Shown in pieces: positions 36,258 to 46,422 of a DNA stretch of 64,000 nucleotides. This stretch comes from Eubacteriales bacterium (lineage in GTDB: Bacteria; Bacillota; Clostridia; Oscillospirales; CAG-272), in contig JAZRHO010000043.1 in the NCBI GenBank assembly GCA_045644805.1, positions 4,193 to 68,192 of the forward strand, read 5' to 3'. A program made the translations under genes and the position numbers. Every line of letters begins with the position of its first letter. Position 1 is the stretch's first letter. A model generated the notes under the pieces. It worked only from the letters and a program-made list of their open reading frames with translations, was not told the DNA's origin and ran no database searches.

Positions 36258-36451
36258 AACAGAATTTTATATAAAAAACAGAAAAAAACGCAATATTTTA
36301 TAAATCCATTCGTAAAAATACCGAAATAAAATCCTCAAAAAAACAAGCAGAAAGTTTCATATCGAAAAAAGTCGAAAAAAACCGTCATAAGCTTTAAATA
36401 CTTGCAAAAATCCATCAAAAAACGGAAAAAGAATATTTCTTTACGAGGAGA

Positions 36452-36587
36452 AGTTTTCCACAATACCAACGTTTAAAAGTGTGGAAAACTACGGCTTTTG
36501 GTACTGTCAGCTTGGAAAAGCCTTGAAAAATCGGAGAATTCTGTCTAAAGTTTTCCACAATGCTAACATAAGAGCCTGTGGAAAACT
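36452..36587. repeat. Two units of AGTTTTCCACA-N17-TGTGGAAAACT (four DnaA-box-like sites)
   Basis: Units at 36452-36490 and 36549-36587; TTTTCCACA fits TTWTNCACA. Confidence 0.75.
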
Positions 36588-36768
36588 CATGAATTAAAAA
36601 AAGGACAATCTTTCAAAAATCAAGGAAAAGAAGAATTTTTTATTCAAGATTTTTTTCGTTTCATTTTTGTAATGGATTGTAATAAACAAAAAACGAGCCG
36701 AAAAGTATTAGCAAAAATTACGAATTGAATAAAAACATTGCCAAAATTACAGAAGGTAATAGAATTTT

Positions 36769-39174
36769 ATGGGAATTTTAGAACAAGAATATACACGGGC
36801 AAAGCGCAAGCTTTTTGATAAGGTTTACGCAGAACGTCTGAATCCCGAGCAGTGCCGTGCGGTCTTTACTGCAAAAGGTCCTCTTCTTGTTCTTGCGGGA
36901 GCAGGAAGCGGAAAAACTACTGTTTTGGTGAATAGAATAGAATACCTTATTCGTTACGGAAATGCATATTTTTCCGAGACTGTTCCGGATACAGTTACAG
37001 CTGAGACTGTGGAAGCCTTGCGCTATGCGGAGAATTTTCCGATAGAAGAAATAGAGGAAATACTCCCCGAATTTATCACAGAGCCGTGCCCGCCGTGGTC
37101 AGTGCTCGCGATAACATTTACAAATAAAGCGGCATCAGAGATGAAGGAGCGTCTTTCAAGAACGTTTTCTGATAAGGATGTAACCGAGTCGATATGGGCA
37201 GGAACATTCCATTCCGTCTGTCTTCGTATACTTCGCAAGTGGGGAGAACGTTTAGGTTACAGAAGCGGATTTACAATCTATGATACCGATGATTCAAAAA
37301 GAATGATACTTTCCTGTATGCGTGAGCTTGAAATAGACGAAAAACGTCTCTCTCCCAAGGCGGTTGCTAATATTATCAGCCGTGCAAAGGATTCTTTGAA
37401 GAATCCTCATGAAATAGAGACCTCTCACGATCCCAGGAGTCGTGACGTTCAGCGTATTTACGAGCTGTATATGAAAAAGATGATGGCGAATAATGCTGTC
37501 GATTTTGATGATATAATTATGAAAACGGTAGAGCTTCTTTCGAGTGATTCCGAAGTAAGGGAATATTACCAGCATAAATTCAAATACGTTCTTGTGGACG
37601 AGTATCAGGATACAAACTATGCGCAGTTCGTCTTAACGTCTATACTTGCGTGTAAAAACAGAAATATAATGGTTGTCGGCGACGATGATCAGAGTATATA
37701 CAGATTCAGGGGCGCGACTATTGAAAATATTCTTAATTTTGACAAAACATACCCCGACGCTACCGTTGTCAAGCTTGAGCGGAATTACCGTTCAACCGAG
37801 ACGATTCTCGAAGCTGCAAATTCTATAATTCACAATAATGAAAAGCGTCATGATAAAACTCTTTGGAGCGATAAAGGAAAGGGTGAAAAAATAACTTTAC
37901 GTGAGGCTGCCGACCAAAACGAAGAGGGAAGATACATCATTGACCGCATTAATATCGGTGTTAAGAATAAAGGACGGAAATATTCCGATTATGCTATTTT
38001 GTACCGAGTAAACGAGCTCGCACGCTCTTTGGAAACGTCTTTCGCTAAAAGCGGTGTTCCTTACAGAATTTTGGGAGGAACAAGGTTTTATGACAGAAAA
38101 GAAATAAAAGACATTATAGCATACCTTTCGCTCATTAATACCGCAAGCGATTCTTTGCGTTTGAAACGTATCATTAACGAGCCGAAACGCAAAATAGGAA
38201 ATGCGACAGTTGAAGCTATTGAGTCAATAGCCAATACTGAAGGGCTTTCGATGTTTGAGGTTATGAAAAGATCCGAAAGCTATACAGCTCTTGATAAGAG
38301 CCGTGACAGACTGTTGTCGTTTTGCAGCATGATAGAAAGTATTAGAGCTAAAGAACTCAAACCGTCAGATACTATTGCGCAGTTGTTTGATGTCAGCGGT
38401 TATCATGAAATGCTGATATCGGAAGGCTTTGAGGGAGAAGGTAAGATCGATAACGTAAACGAGCTTATTGCAGGTGCGCTTGAATATGAAAAAAGGTGCG
38501 CAGAAGCTGACACGGAGCCGACACTCTCGGGTTATCTTGAAGATATTGCGCTCGTCAGTGACGTTGATAAGTACGATTCTGAAGCGGATGCGGTCGTAAT
38601 GATGACTGTTCATTCAGCTAAGGGACTTGAATTTCCCGTAGTGTTTCTTGCGGGAATGGAGGACGGAATCTTCCCCTCCGAGCAAAATATGCATGCGGAA
38701 GAGGAAATGAGCGAAGAGAGGCGCCTTGCATACGTAGCTATAACTCGGGCAAAGGAAAAATTATATATAACCTATGCAAAAAATCGCATGATGTACGGCA
38801 AAACCAATTTCAATATGCTATCTTGCCTCATAAGACGTGAGGTTCCGGACAATCTGATAGAAAAGGATATGCCAAAGCGCGAGCCTCCGAGAAACGCGCC
38901 CGGCTATTATATTCCAAGGGGATCATATGATTCTACAAGACGCGCGGAATTTAACAGAATGCCGGATATGTTTTCTCAAAAGAAGAGAGTTACTTCTTCA
39001 AGCTTTGGCATCGAGAAGCTTGAAGTGGGAACATTGGTATCCCATACTATGTTTGGAGACGGAGTAATAGTTTCTGCTAAAGAAATGGGCGGAGATGTTT
39101 TATATGAGGTTGATTTTGTATCTTCAGGGAAGAAAAAACTGATGGCTACTTTCGCTAAATTAACTAAAAAGTAA
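36769..39174 (+). CDS. pcrA: ATP-dependent DNA helicase PcrA/UvrD
   Basis: AGAGSGKT, TFTNKAA, DEYQDTN, KGLEF and EERRLAYVAITRA motifs; C-terminal Tudor-like domain. Confidence 0.95.
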   Translation: MGILEQEYTRAKRKLFDKVYAERLNPEQCRAVFTAKGPLLVLAGAGSGKTTVLVNRIEYLIRYGNAYFSETVPDTVTAETVEALRYAENFPIEEIEEILPEFITEPCPPWSVLAITFTNKAASEMKERLSRTFSDKDVTESIWAGTFHSVCLRILRKWGERLGYRSGFTIYDTDDSKRMILSCMRELEIDEKRLSPKAVANIISRAKDSLKNPHEIETSHDPRSRDVQRIYELYMKKMMANNAVDFDDIIMKTVELLSSDSEVREYYQHKFKYVLVDEYQDTNYAQFVLTSILACKNRNIMVVGDDDQSIYRFRGATIENILNFDKTYPDATVVKLERNYRSTETILEAANSIIHNNEKRHDKTLWSDKGKGEKITLREAADQNEEGRYIIDRINIGVKNKGRKYSDYAILYRVNELARSLETSFAKSGVPYRILGGTRFYDRKEIKDIIAYLSLINTASDSLRLKRIINEPKRKIGNATVEAIESIANTEGLSMFEVMKRSESYTALDKSRDRLLSFCSMIESIRAKELKPSDTIAQLFDVSGYHEMLISEGFEGEGKIDNVNELIAGALEYEKRCAEADTEPTLSGYLEDIALVSDVDKYDSEADAVVMMTVHSAKGLEFPVVFLAGMEDGIFPSEQNMHAEEEMSEERRLAYVAITRAKEKLYITYAKNRMMYGKTNFNMLSCLIRREVPDNLIEKDMPKREPPRNAPGYYIPRGSYDSTRRAEFNRMPDMFSQKKRVTSSSFGIEKLEVGTLVSHTMFGDGVIVSAKEMGGDVLYEVDFVSSGKKKLMATFAKLTKK

Positions 39175-39195
39175 ACTTAACTTATCAAATATGGA

Positions 39196-39876
39196 GTGAA
39201 AATGATTAAAGCTTGTATTTTTGATCTTGACGGAACACTTTTAGATACTCTTGAGAGCATTCGTTTTTATCTTAATAAAACCCTTGCAATATACGGCATT
39301 CGTCCTATCACAAAAGAAGAGACTAAGGTTTTTGTCGGAGAAGGCGCATTAAATCTTACCAAACGTGCCATGAAAGCAGGAGGCATAGACGTGCAAACCA
39401 TAGAGGGAATGTCTTTGTCTCATAGAATATGCGAAGAGTATTCAACTGATTATGATAGCGATCCCTACTATCTCACTGTTCCTTATCCCGGCATTATCGA
39501 GGCAATATCCGCACTTAAGGGATATGGGATAAAGCTTGCGGTTATATCAAACAAACCCGATCCTACCGTGAAGCAGCTTATAAAGAACAATTTTCCGGAT
39601 ATGTTCGATATTGTGGAGGGAGCGAAACCGGGGATAGCACTGAAGCCCGATCCCGTGTCGGTTTTAAGGATTTGCGAAAAGCTTAACGTTGCTCCTTCCG
39701 ATACTGTTTATTTCGGTGATACCGCTACCGATATGAAAACCGCGAAAAATTACGGCGCCGGCCTTACCGTCGGTGTTCTTTGGGGCTTCAGAGAACGAGA
39801 GGAGCTTTTGAAGAACGGTGCTGATGTTCTTATCGAAAATGCCGATAGGATACTGACGATTTCAGGCTGTGTTTAA
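39196..39876 (+). CDS. HAD family hydrolase (phosphoglycolate phosphatase-like)
   Basis: FDLDGTLLD, SNK, KPDP and GD...D motifs. Confidence 0.9.
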   Translation: MKMIKACIFDLDGTLLDTLESIRFYLNKTLAIYGIRPITKEETKVFVGEGALNLTKRAMKAGGIDVQTIEGMSLSHRICEEYSTDYDSDPYYLTVPYPGIIEAISALKGYGIKLAVISNKPDPTVKQLIKNNFPDMFDIVEGAKPGIALKPDPVSVLRICEKLNVAPSDTVYFGDTATDMKTAKNYGAGLTVGVLWGFREREELLKNGADVLIENADRILTISGCV

Positions 39877-39928
39877 TTCATATTTGTAAAACTTTAACAA
39901 AAAGATAAAATTGCTTTTGTATAAGTGG

Positions 39929-39968
39929 GAGAAAGAGTCTTTTAACGGGCTTTTTCTCTTTTCTTTTT
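39929..39968 (+). terminator. Intrinsic terminator
   Basis: gagaaagagtc...ggctttttctc followed by T-runs. Confidence 0.6.
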
Positions 39969-40042
39969 GAAATATTTATGATAAAATTGATTTGTAAAAT
40001 TTATGATAAAACTGATTTGTAAATATTTTGGAGGTGCCTTTT

Positions 40043-42397
40043 ATGAAATACTTGAAGATAATGTTTATTCTTTTGATTTCGATATCCTTGCTTTGCGGTT
40101 GCCTTGGAGGCGGCGGATATAATGATAAAGCAGGCGCTTCCCATGAAAAAGGCGATATTAAAGTAATGATATCAGCAGATTCAGGCATAACCGTTAAGGG
40201 AGAAAACCCAATATACGTAAATGAAGGAGAAACGGCTACCTTTGAGATAGAGGTAGGCTCAACGTCTATTATCACTTCGGTTGACGGCGGTACTCTTTCG
40301 GGAAATACTGTGACTTTGGAAAACGTTACGCGCGATACTGTTATTAAAATAACCACAATAGACCTTGGATATGATACTACCGTTGAATACCGCTATTACT
40401 TTAACGGAACAGATAAAGATAAATCCACTCTGAACGGAGGAAGTGTTGCTAAAGCGGGAACAGAGGTTACTGTAACCGCCGGAGGCACTTCGGGAGCGTT
40501 TATAGGCTGGAGTCTTAACGGATATTCTACCGATGCGTCAACGATGATTTCGTCGGAGCGAGAATATACCTTTAGACTTTCTCCTACCCTCGCGGATTCA
40601 AACGGTATGATCAAAATTTATGCAAACTATAAGGATCCCTCATGCTATTATTATGACCCTAACGGAGGAGTGATAACAACAGGAACGGCTCTTGCGTCGA
40701 ATTGTGATTATTACACGGTTGCTAAAGCCGAAAACAGACTTAAAATAACAACGTCATCTGTTTATCGCGGGGTGTATGAATCTGTTCACCTGTTCTATGA
40801 CGACGGTACGTTTACGAGAAGCGGATACGTGCTTGCGGAGTTCAACACAAAGGCTGACGGAAGCGGTACGTCATATAGCTTAGGCTCGATGTATTATCCT
40901 GATCCCAATTCATCTGAGGAATCGGTGCTTTACTGCATTTGGAAAGAGGAAACTGCGGCATCTGAATTTACATATGAAATTGTTCAGTATGATATTCCTG
41001 CATCTACCAATGCGACCAAAGCTTCAAATTGGAATACGCTTGGAGTAAAGATAACCTCGTATAGCGGAAACGCGGATACGGTAGTGATACCGCAAATGAT
41101 TGGTGAATATCCCGTTACGGCTATCGGTGCGGGAGCTTTCGTGAATAAGGATATGACAGTTCTTGTGCTCTCAAAAAATCTTCTCGCTATTGAAGACGGT
41201 GCTTTTTCAGGATGCTCAAAGCTTGATACCGTATATTACTCTGATGCCATATACTACATAACCAACAATGCGTTTGACTCGGCTACGTATAAAAACTTCA
41301 AGCATCTTTACGTCAACGCTACAATAGCTCCGAGATACGCAAATTCGGATTCAGGAGCTTTCTCCGTAAAGCTTTCTCGCATTCTATCGAGCATGGGCGA
41401 TAACAGAATTATTACTATTGCCGGCTCGTCAACCTATCAAGGCTTCGCTTCTGCTTATATGGAAGCGCTCCTCGGCGGTGAATACCGTGTTGTGAACTTC
41501 GGTACTACAAGAACTACCCACGGTGCTATATATCTGGAGGCTATGAAGCATTTAGCCGCCGAAAATGATATTATTCTTTACGCTCCCGAAAACAGTACGT
41601 ATATGATGGGAGAATCCGAGCTTTATTGGAAAACGTTAAGAGATATGGAAAGTATGTATAATTTTTACCGATACATAGACATATCGAATTATACTAACGT
41701 CTTCTCAGCATTTGCTGACCTTAACCAGAATTACAGATATAACAGAAACGCAACCCGTTATGAGGACTCATATAACAGGATAATGAGTACTTACGGTATA
41801 AACGAATACGGTGAGTACCAGCAGTCTAACAGGGGTTCGCTTGTATCTTCATATTATGATGTTTATTACATAACGCTCAATAACAGATTCAAGTCAAAGT
41901 ATGAGGGAGAATGGGAAAATAAAGAATTCCAGGACGCAAATAAAAACTACGCTGATGAGCAAAACGTGACTTGGCAAACAATAGACGATCCTAAATTGCT
42001 GGCGCTGATGAATCACGCTATTGACAGCGCTAAGTCGAGCGGCGCAAAGATATATTTCTCCTTCTGTCCAATGGACGCTGATAAAGTCGTAGAGGAAGCA
42101 CGGAATTCCCAGTGGCTTGCGGCTTATGATGCACTTATTAAAAACATCTATCACTTCGATGGTGTTCTTGGTACTTGCTCGGATTATATATTTGCTCATA
42201 AATATTTTTACGACAATGCTTTCCATCCGAATGATATAGGAAGGGCATACCGTACATATAGAGTTTACGTGGATCTTTGCGGTATTCTCGGAAAAACGCC
42301 TAACGGATATCTATCAGTCGGTACTGAATTTGAGGGATGCATATTTGAAAGCGAGTCGAATGGCAACCCACTTACCTCGGTTGACTATTTAAACTGA
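40043..42397 (+). CDS. Lipoprotein with beta-repeat modules, BspA-type LRR and C-terminal SGNH-like domain
   Basis: Lipobox LCGC; IGAGAF/IEDGAFSGC repeats; AGSS, VVNFG and YDNAFHPN motifs. Confidence 0.75.
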   Translation: MKYLKIMFILLISISLLCGCLGGGGYNDKAGASHEKGDIKVMISADSGITVKGENPIYVNEGETATFEIEVGSTSIITSVDGGTLSGNTVTLENVTRDTVIKITTIDLGYDTTVEYRYYFNGTDKDKSTLNGGSVAKAGTEVTVTAGGTSGAFIGWSLNGYSTDASTMISSEREYTFRLSPTLADSNGMIKIYANYKDPSCYYYDPNGGVITTGTALASNCDYYTVAKAENRLKITTSSVYRGVYESVHLFYDDGTFTRSGYVLAEFNTKADGSGTSYSLGSMYYPDPNSSEESVLYCIWKEETAASEFTYEIVQYDIPASTNATKASNWNTLGVKITSYSGNADTVVIPQMIGEYPVTAIGAGAFVNKDMTVLVLSKNLLAIEDGAFSGCSKLDTVYYSDAIYYITNNAFDSATYKNFKHLYVNATIAPRYANSDSGAFSVKLSRILSSMGDNRIITIAGSSTYQGFASAYMEALLGGEYRVVNFGTTRTTHGAIYLEAMKHLAAENDIILYAPENSTYMMGESELYWKTLRDMESMYNFYRYIDISNYTNVFSAFADLNQNYRYNRNATRYEDSYNRIMSTYGINEYGEYQQSNRGSLVSSYYDVYYITLNNRFKSKYEGEWENKEFQDANKNYADEQNVTWQTIDDPKLLALMNHAIDSAKSSGAKIYFSFCPMDADKVVEEARNSQWLAAYDALIKNIYHFDGVLGTCSDYIFAHKYFYDNAFHPNDIGRAYRTYRVYVDLCGILGKTPNGYLSVGTEFEGCIFESESNGNPLTSVDYLN

Positions 42398-42412
42398 TAA
42401 GAGGAACATCTT

Positions 42413-42718
42413 ATGATTCTTTTCTCAACCATGCCTGTTCTTCTTGCGCTTGCGCTGCTCGTGCTGCTGCATCTTTTATCAACGCTTTTTGAAGGAATAG
42501 TATCAAAAGTTTTAACGTACATAAATATATCGCTGCATGTTTTTTTGGTAATTCCTTTGTTGATATATGATTTTTCGTTTGAAGAAGGCGTACTTGTTTA
42601 TATGATAAGCATTACCTTCTACACTCTTTTCGGATTTATTCGTTACCTCTATGAAAAAAAGCAAAGAGAAGCGTCAAAGCGTTATTTCGATAAGAAGAGG
42701 GAGGATAAAGCTGTATGA
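42413..42718 (+). CDS. Small 3-TM membrane protein
   Basis: Hydrophobic 101 aa; ATGA overlap with the MBOAT gene. Confidence 0.7.
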   Translation: MILFSTMPVLLALALLVLLHLLSTLFEGIVSKVLTYINISLHVFLVIPLLIYDFSFEEGVLVYMISITFYTLFGFIRYLYEKKQREASKRYFDKKREDKAV

Positions 42719-44175
42719 CATTTAATTCAGCCGAATTTCTTCTCTTCTATCCAATAGTTACTCTTTTGTACTTCATATTGCCAAAGAAGCTTAAGTGGCC
42801 TATGCTGCTTGTCGCGAGCTACTATTTCTATATGTGCTATCAGGCGAGCCTTGTTTTCCTTATATTCGGGACGACTCTCGTTTCATGGCTGATGTCAATG
42901 GTAATTGATAAATGCCGACGTCAGTGTATCAAAAAGATTTGTCTTGCCGTAACGCTTATTTCATCTCTCGGAGTTCTGTTTTTCTACAAATACTTTAATT
43001 TTCTATCGGGTAGCTTTTCCGGTCTGGCTTCGCTTTTCGGAGCAGAGATACCTCCCTTGATTCTTGATTTGGTCCTTCCTGTCGGCGTGTCATTCTATAC
43101 GTTCCAGACGCTTTCTTACGTTATAGACGTATATAGAGGGGATATAAAAAACGAGCGTAATTTCTTCTTTTATGCTCTCTTTGTTTCGTTTTTCCCGCAG
43201 CTGGTTGCAGGACCTATCGAAAGACCGTCGAATCTTATTCCGCAGCTTAAGGAAATTCGTAAATGGAACTCGGATGATGCAATAAAGGGTGCAAAGCATA
43301 TGATAGTAGGATTCTTTAAGAAGGTATGCGTCGCCGACCTTTTGTCGATTTACGTAGATGCGGTCTATAATGATGCTCAGAACGCAACCGCGTGGGGCAT
43401 AATAATAGCGACTGTATTTTTCGCTGTTCAAATATACTGCGATTTTTCAGGATATACTGATATAGCGATAGGCTGCGCTCGAGTTATGGGCATACGCTTG
43501 ATGAAGAATTTTGATCACCCATACCGTGCTACTACTATCAAGGAATTTTGGGCAAGATGGCATATATCCCTATCAAGCTGGTTCCGTGATTATCTGTATA
43601 TTCCTCTCGGAGGAAGCAGATGTAAAAAGTGGCGTCATCTTTTCAACCTGTTTGTTGTTTTTCTTGTTTCAGGACTTTGGCACGGAGCAGCGTGGACGTT
43701 TGTCATCTGGGGAGCAATACACGGTATTTACCAGATAGCAGGAAATCTTACCGCAAAGGGTAGACGCAAAATAATTGAAGGCATAGGACTTAAAGAAAGC
43801 AGCGTGCCTGTTGTCCTTTTGCGCCGTGTTGTTGTATTTGTGCTTGTTTGCTTTGCGTGGCTGTTCTTCAGAGCCAATTCAATGGCGGATGCAATCACGC
43901 TTTTAGGGGCTTTGTTTAACACGGGGTGGACCGTAAGTCTTTCGGAAACGCTTTCCATAATTGGTCTTGACACGGTCGGCATCTTGATGTCCCTATGCTC
44001 CATAACAACGCTGGTTATGATGGATAATCTTCTTCACTATGAGGATGATAAGGACGGCTCGGATATTCTTTGTAAAAACGGTACATTTATATACTATGTT
44101 TGGATCATATTATTTGCTTGGGCTATACTTCTTTCAAAAGGTATTGGTTCAACGTTTATATACTTCCAATTCTGA
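42715..44175 (+). CDS. MBOAT O-acyltransferase (AlgI/PatA/DltB-like)
   Basis: LPVGVSFYTFQ, FFPQLVAGPIER, DFSGYTDIA, FWARWHISLS and GLWHGA motifs. Confidence 0.95.
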   Translation: MTFNSAEFLLFYPIVTLLYFILPKKLKWPMLLVASYYFYMCYQASLVFLIFGTTLVSWLMSMVIDKCRRQCIKKICLAVTLISSLGVLFFYKYFNFLSGSFSGLASLFGAEIPPLILDLVLPVGVSFYTFQTLSYVIDVYRGDIKNERNFFFYALFVSFFPQLVAGPIERPSNLIPQLKEIRKWNSDDAIKGAKHMIVGFFKKVCVADLLSIYVDAVYNDAQNATAWGIIIATVFFAVQIYCDFSGYTDIAIGCARVMGIRLMKNFDHPYRATTIKEFWARWHISLSSWFRDYLYIPLGGSRCKKWRHLFNLFVVFLVSGLWHGAAWTFVIWGAIHGIYQIAGNLTAKGRRKIIEGIGLKESSVPVVLLRRVVVFVLVCFAWLFFRANSMADAITLLGALFNTGWTVSLSETLSIIGLDTVGILMSLCSITTLVMMDNLLHYEDDKDGSDILCKNGTFIYYVWIILFAWAILLSKGIGSTFIYFQF

Positions 44176-44193
44176 TAAAGGAGGGGAAATGTA

Positions 44194-45639
44194 ATGAAAT
44201 GTTTACTTAAAACTATATCGGCTCTCCTTGTTATAGTGCTTCCGATGATAATAATACTTTCTATTGCAATCTTGATACCGGCGCAATACAGTGATACATT
44301 TGTCGGTGCGCTTGATGAAAAATTTGAAAGACTCACTTCTATTGATGAAGAAAAAATAGTTGTTGTCGGAGGTTCTTCCGTTGCCTTTGGACTCGAGAGC
44401 GAGCTCATAGAAAAATACATGAGAATGCCCGTGGTTAATTTTGGACTCTATGCAGCACTTGGAACAAAGGTTATGCTTGACCTTTCTCGCAAGGGAATAA
44501 ACGAGGGGGATATTGTCATACTGTCTCCAGAGCTTGATGCCCAGACGCTCTCTCTTTATTTCAATGCTGAAACGGTGCTTCAAGCAACGGATGATGATCC
44601 TTCAATGCTCTTTCATACCGATATGGCAAATTGGGGTGAGCTTGCATCCTCCATGTTCTCGCACGTGTCAAAAAAATGCGGATATTTAAAGGAAGGATCA
44701 CCGAATCCCGACGGTGTTTATAACAGTAAAAATTTCAACGAATACGGTGACTTGGAATATACACGTGAAGAGAATATAATGGAGCTTTATTATGACCCGA
44801 ATAAGATAATCACCCTTGATGAGTCTATCCTTGACGACGGATTTTTCGACTATCTCAATGATTATATTCGTTATTGTGAATCCAGGGGAGCTACCGTTTA
44901 TTTCTCTTACTGCCCGATGAATTCACTTGCTCTTGCCGACGGTACGACAAATGAGAGTATATCAGACTTTGAAAGCGAGCTTGAATCCCGTCTTGTTTGT
45001 AAAATCATAAGCTATATAGACGATTACATAATGCTTCCTGAATATTTTTACGATACTAATTTTCACCTTAACGATGCAGGTTCTCTTTGGCGCACTATAA
45101 GGCTATGTGAGGATATGCTTCTTGCAACGGATAATCCCACGCTGGTTACTGAGCCTTATCCTGATGCTCCGGAGCTTGACACCGGTATGATAACCGTTTA
45201 TGAGGACATAATAGGGCAAGAGTATTTCACCTATGAAAGACTTGAAAACGGCAATTATATGATAACAGGACTTACCGATATCGGAAAAGAACAAAAAAGT
45301 CTTACAATACCTCTGGGAGTTACCCTTGACGGACTCGGATATGCGGCTGCGGTAACTCTTGTCGGACAGGGCGCGTTTATCGGCACGTCTGCTACCGAGA
45401 TAATAATTCCTGAAAATACTTATCTTACACAAATGAATAACGGTGCTTTTTCAGGTGCTTCGACGGTAAAGGCTCTTTATATTTACAAAAAAGATGCCGA
45501 AACGTTAAATCCTCCTGCAAATTTTGCGGGAGTTGCGGAAGGCTTTGTTATTCACGCGCCCGAAAATTCGGAATATACAACAGGCTATTACTGGAGTCAG
45601 CTTAAAAATGTAACGATAAAGCTCGATATCGCGGATTAA
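44194..45639 (+). CDS. Membrane-anchored SGNH-like MBOAT partner with C-terminal LRR-like region
   Basis: VGGSSVAFG, VVNFG and YDTNFHLN motifs; C-terminal VGQGAF/NGAFSG repeats. Confidence 0.75.
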   Translation: MKCLLKTISALLVIVLPMIIILSIAILIPAQYSDTFVGALDEKFERLTSIDEEKIVVVGGSSVAFGLESELIEKYMRMPVVNFGLYAALGTKVMLDLSRKGINEGDIVILSPELDAQTLSLYFNAETVLQATDDDPSMLFHTDMANWGELASSMFSHVSKKCGYLKEGSPNPDGVYNSKNFNEYGDLEYTREENIMELYYDPNKIITLDESILDDGFFDYLNDYIRYCESRGATVYFSYCPMNSLALADGTTNESISDFESELESRLVCKIISYIDDYIMLPEYFYDTNFHLNDAGSLWRTIRLCEDMLLATDNPTLVTEPYPDAPELDTGMITVYEDIIGQEYFTYERLENGNYMITGLTDIGKEQKSLTIPLGVTLDGLGYAAAVTLVGQGAFIGTSATEIIIPENTYLTQMNNGAFSGASTVKALYIYKKDAETLNPPANFAGVAEGFVIHAPENSEYTTGYYWSQLKNVTIKLDIAD

Positions 45640-45721
45640 AAAGAGTCGACTTCATTGCTAAAAGATACCGAAGTCTTTGCATACAAAAACTTCTTAACTA
45701 AAGAAACGGATGGTTACAAAA

Positions 45722-46237
45722 ATGAAAAAAATACTCGCAGCTTTTCTTATACTATTAGCTCTTTTAAGCGTACTTGTATCGTGCGGATCGATTTATAAGG
45801 ATGTAAATTACAAAGAGAACGGTATAGCATTCACCTTACCCAACACAATGCGCCGCGTAACAAACTCGGACTATGATTTTTATTTTACAAATACCGTAGT
45901 TGTTTTTACGGCTAATGAGCTTGATGAAGAATATTACGAAGAATTGTCACTCGATCCCAATATGACGGCAAAAGAATATTTGGATCATTTGATGAAATCA
46001 AATAATATGGATCTTGATCAGATGGAATATAAATACGATTCCGAAAAAAACATTCATAATTTCAGATATACCTCAGAAAGTGAAGAGAACAATTTGTTTT
46101 ATTACGTTGTCATAACCGGTGAGCCAGGAAATATATGGTATATTGAAATGTGCTGCGAAGAAGATTATTACGAGGATTATCTTTCGACCTTCGGAGAATG
46201 GAAAAGAAGTATATATGCATATAATGAGACGGAGTAA
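45722..46237 (+). CDS. Hypothetical acidic lipoprotein
   Basis: Lipobox LVSC after a signal peptide. Confidence 0.75.
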   Translation: MKKILAAFLILLALLSVLVSCGSIYKDVNYKENGIAFTLPNTMRRVTNSDYDFYFTNTVVVFTANELDEEYYEELSLDPNMTAKEYLDHLMKSNNMDLDQMEYKYDSEKNIHNFRYTSESEENNLFYYVVITGEPGNIWYIEMCCEEDYYEDYLSTFGEWKRSIYAYNETE

Positions 46238-46255
46238 ATAAAAGCGTAATAAAAA

Positions 46256-46289
46256 TTGAGGAAAACCATAGACCGTAGGTTTTCCTCAA
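46256..46289. terminator. Hairpin terminator
   Basis: ttgaggaaaacc...ggttttcctcaa 12-bp stem. Confidence 0.7.
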
Positions 46290-46300
46290 AATTGAACTTT

Positions 46301-46369
46301 TTATATAGAGGTACTGTGTTTTTTACACAATACCTTTGTTTTTATTCGGTTACGTCTAAATACGAAAGC
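46301..46369. repeat. Dispersed ~70-bp repeat, copy 1
   Basis: Matches 61471-61540 with about 7 substitutions and one 1-nt indel (hand alignment). Confidence 0.9.
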
Positions 46370-46422
46370 CTCTTTTTCATTTTGTTATGCCGTAAATGAA
46401 GCAGCCAATTAATGATGAAAAA

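Noticed and set aside
36452-36587. CRISPR mini-array or dif site
   Set aside because: The arms are 11-bp inverted pairs, not direct repeats with 30-40 nt spacers, and there are no cas genes. A dif site has a 6-bp spacer, not 17.
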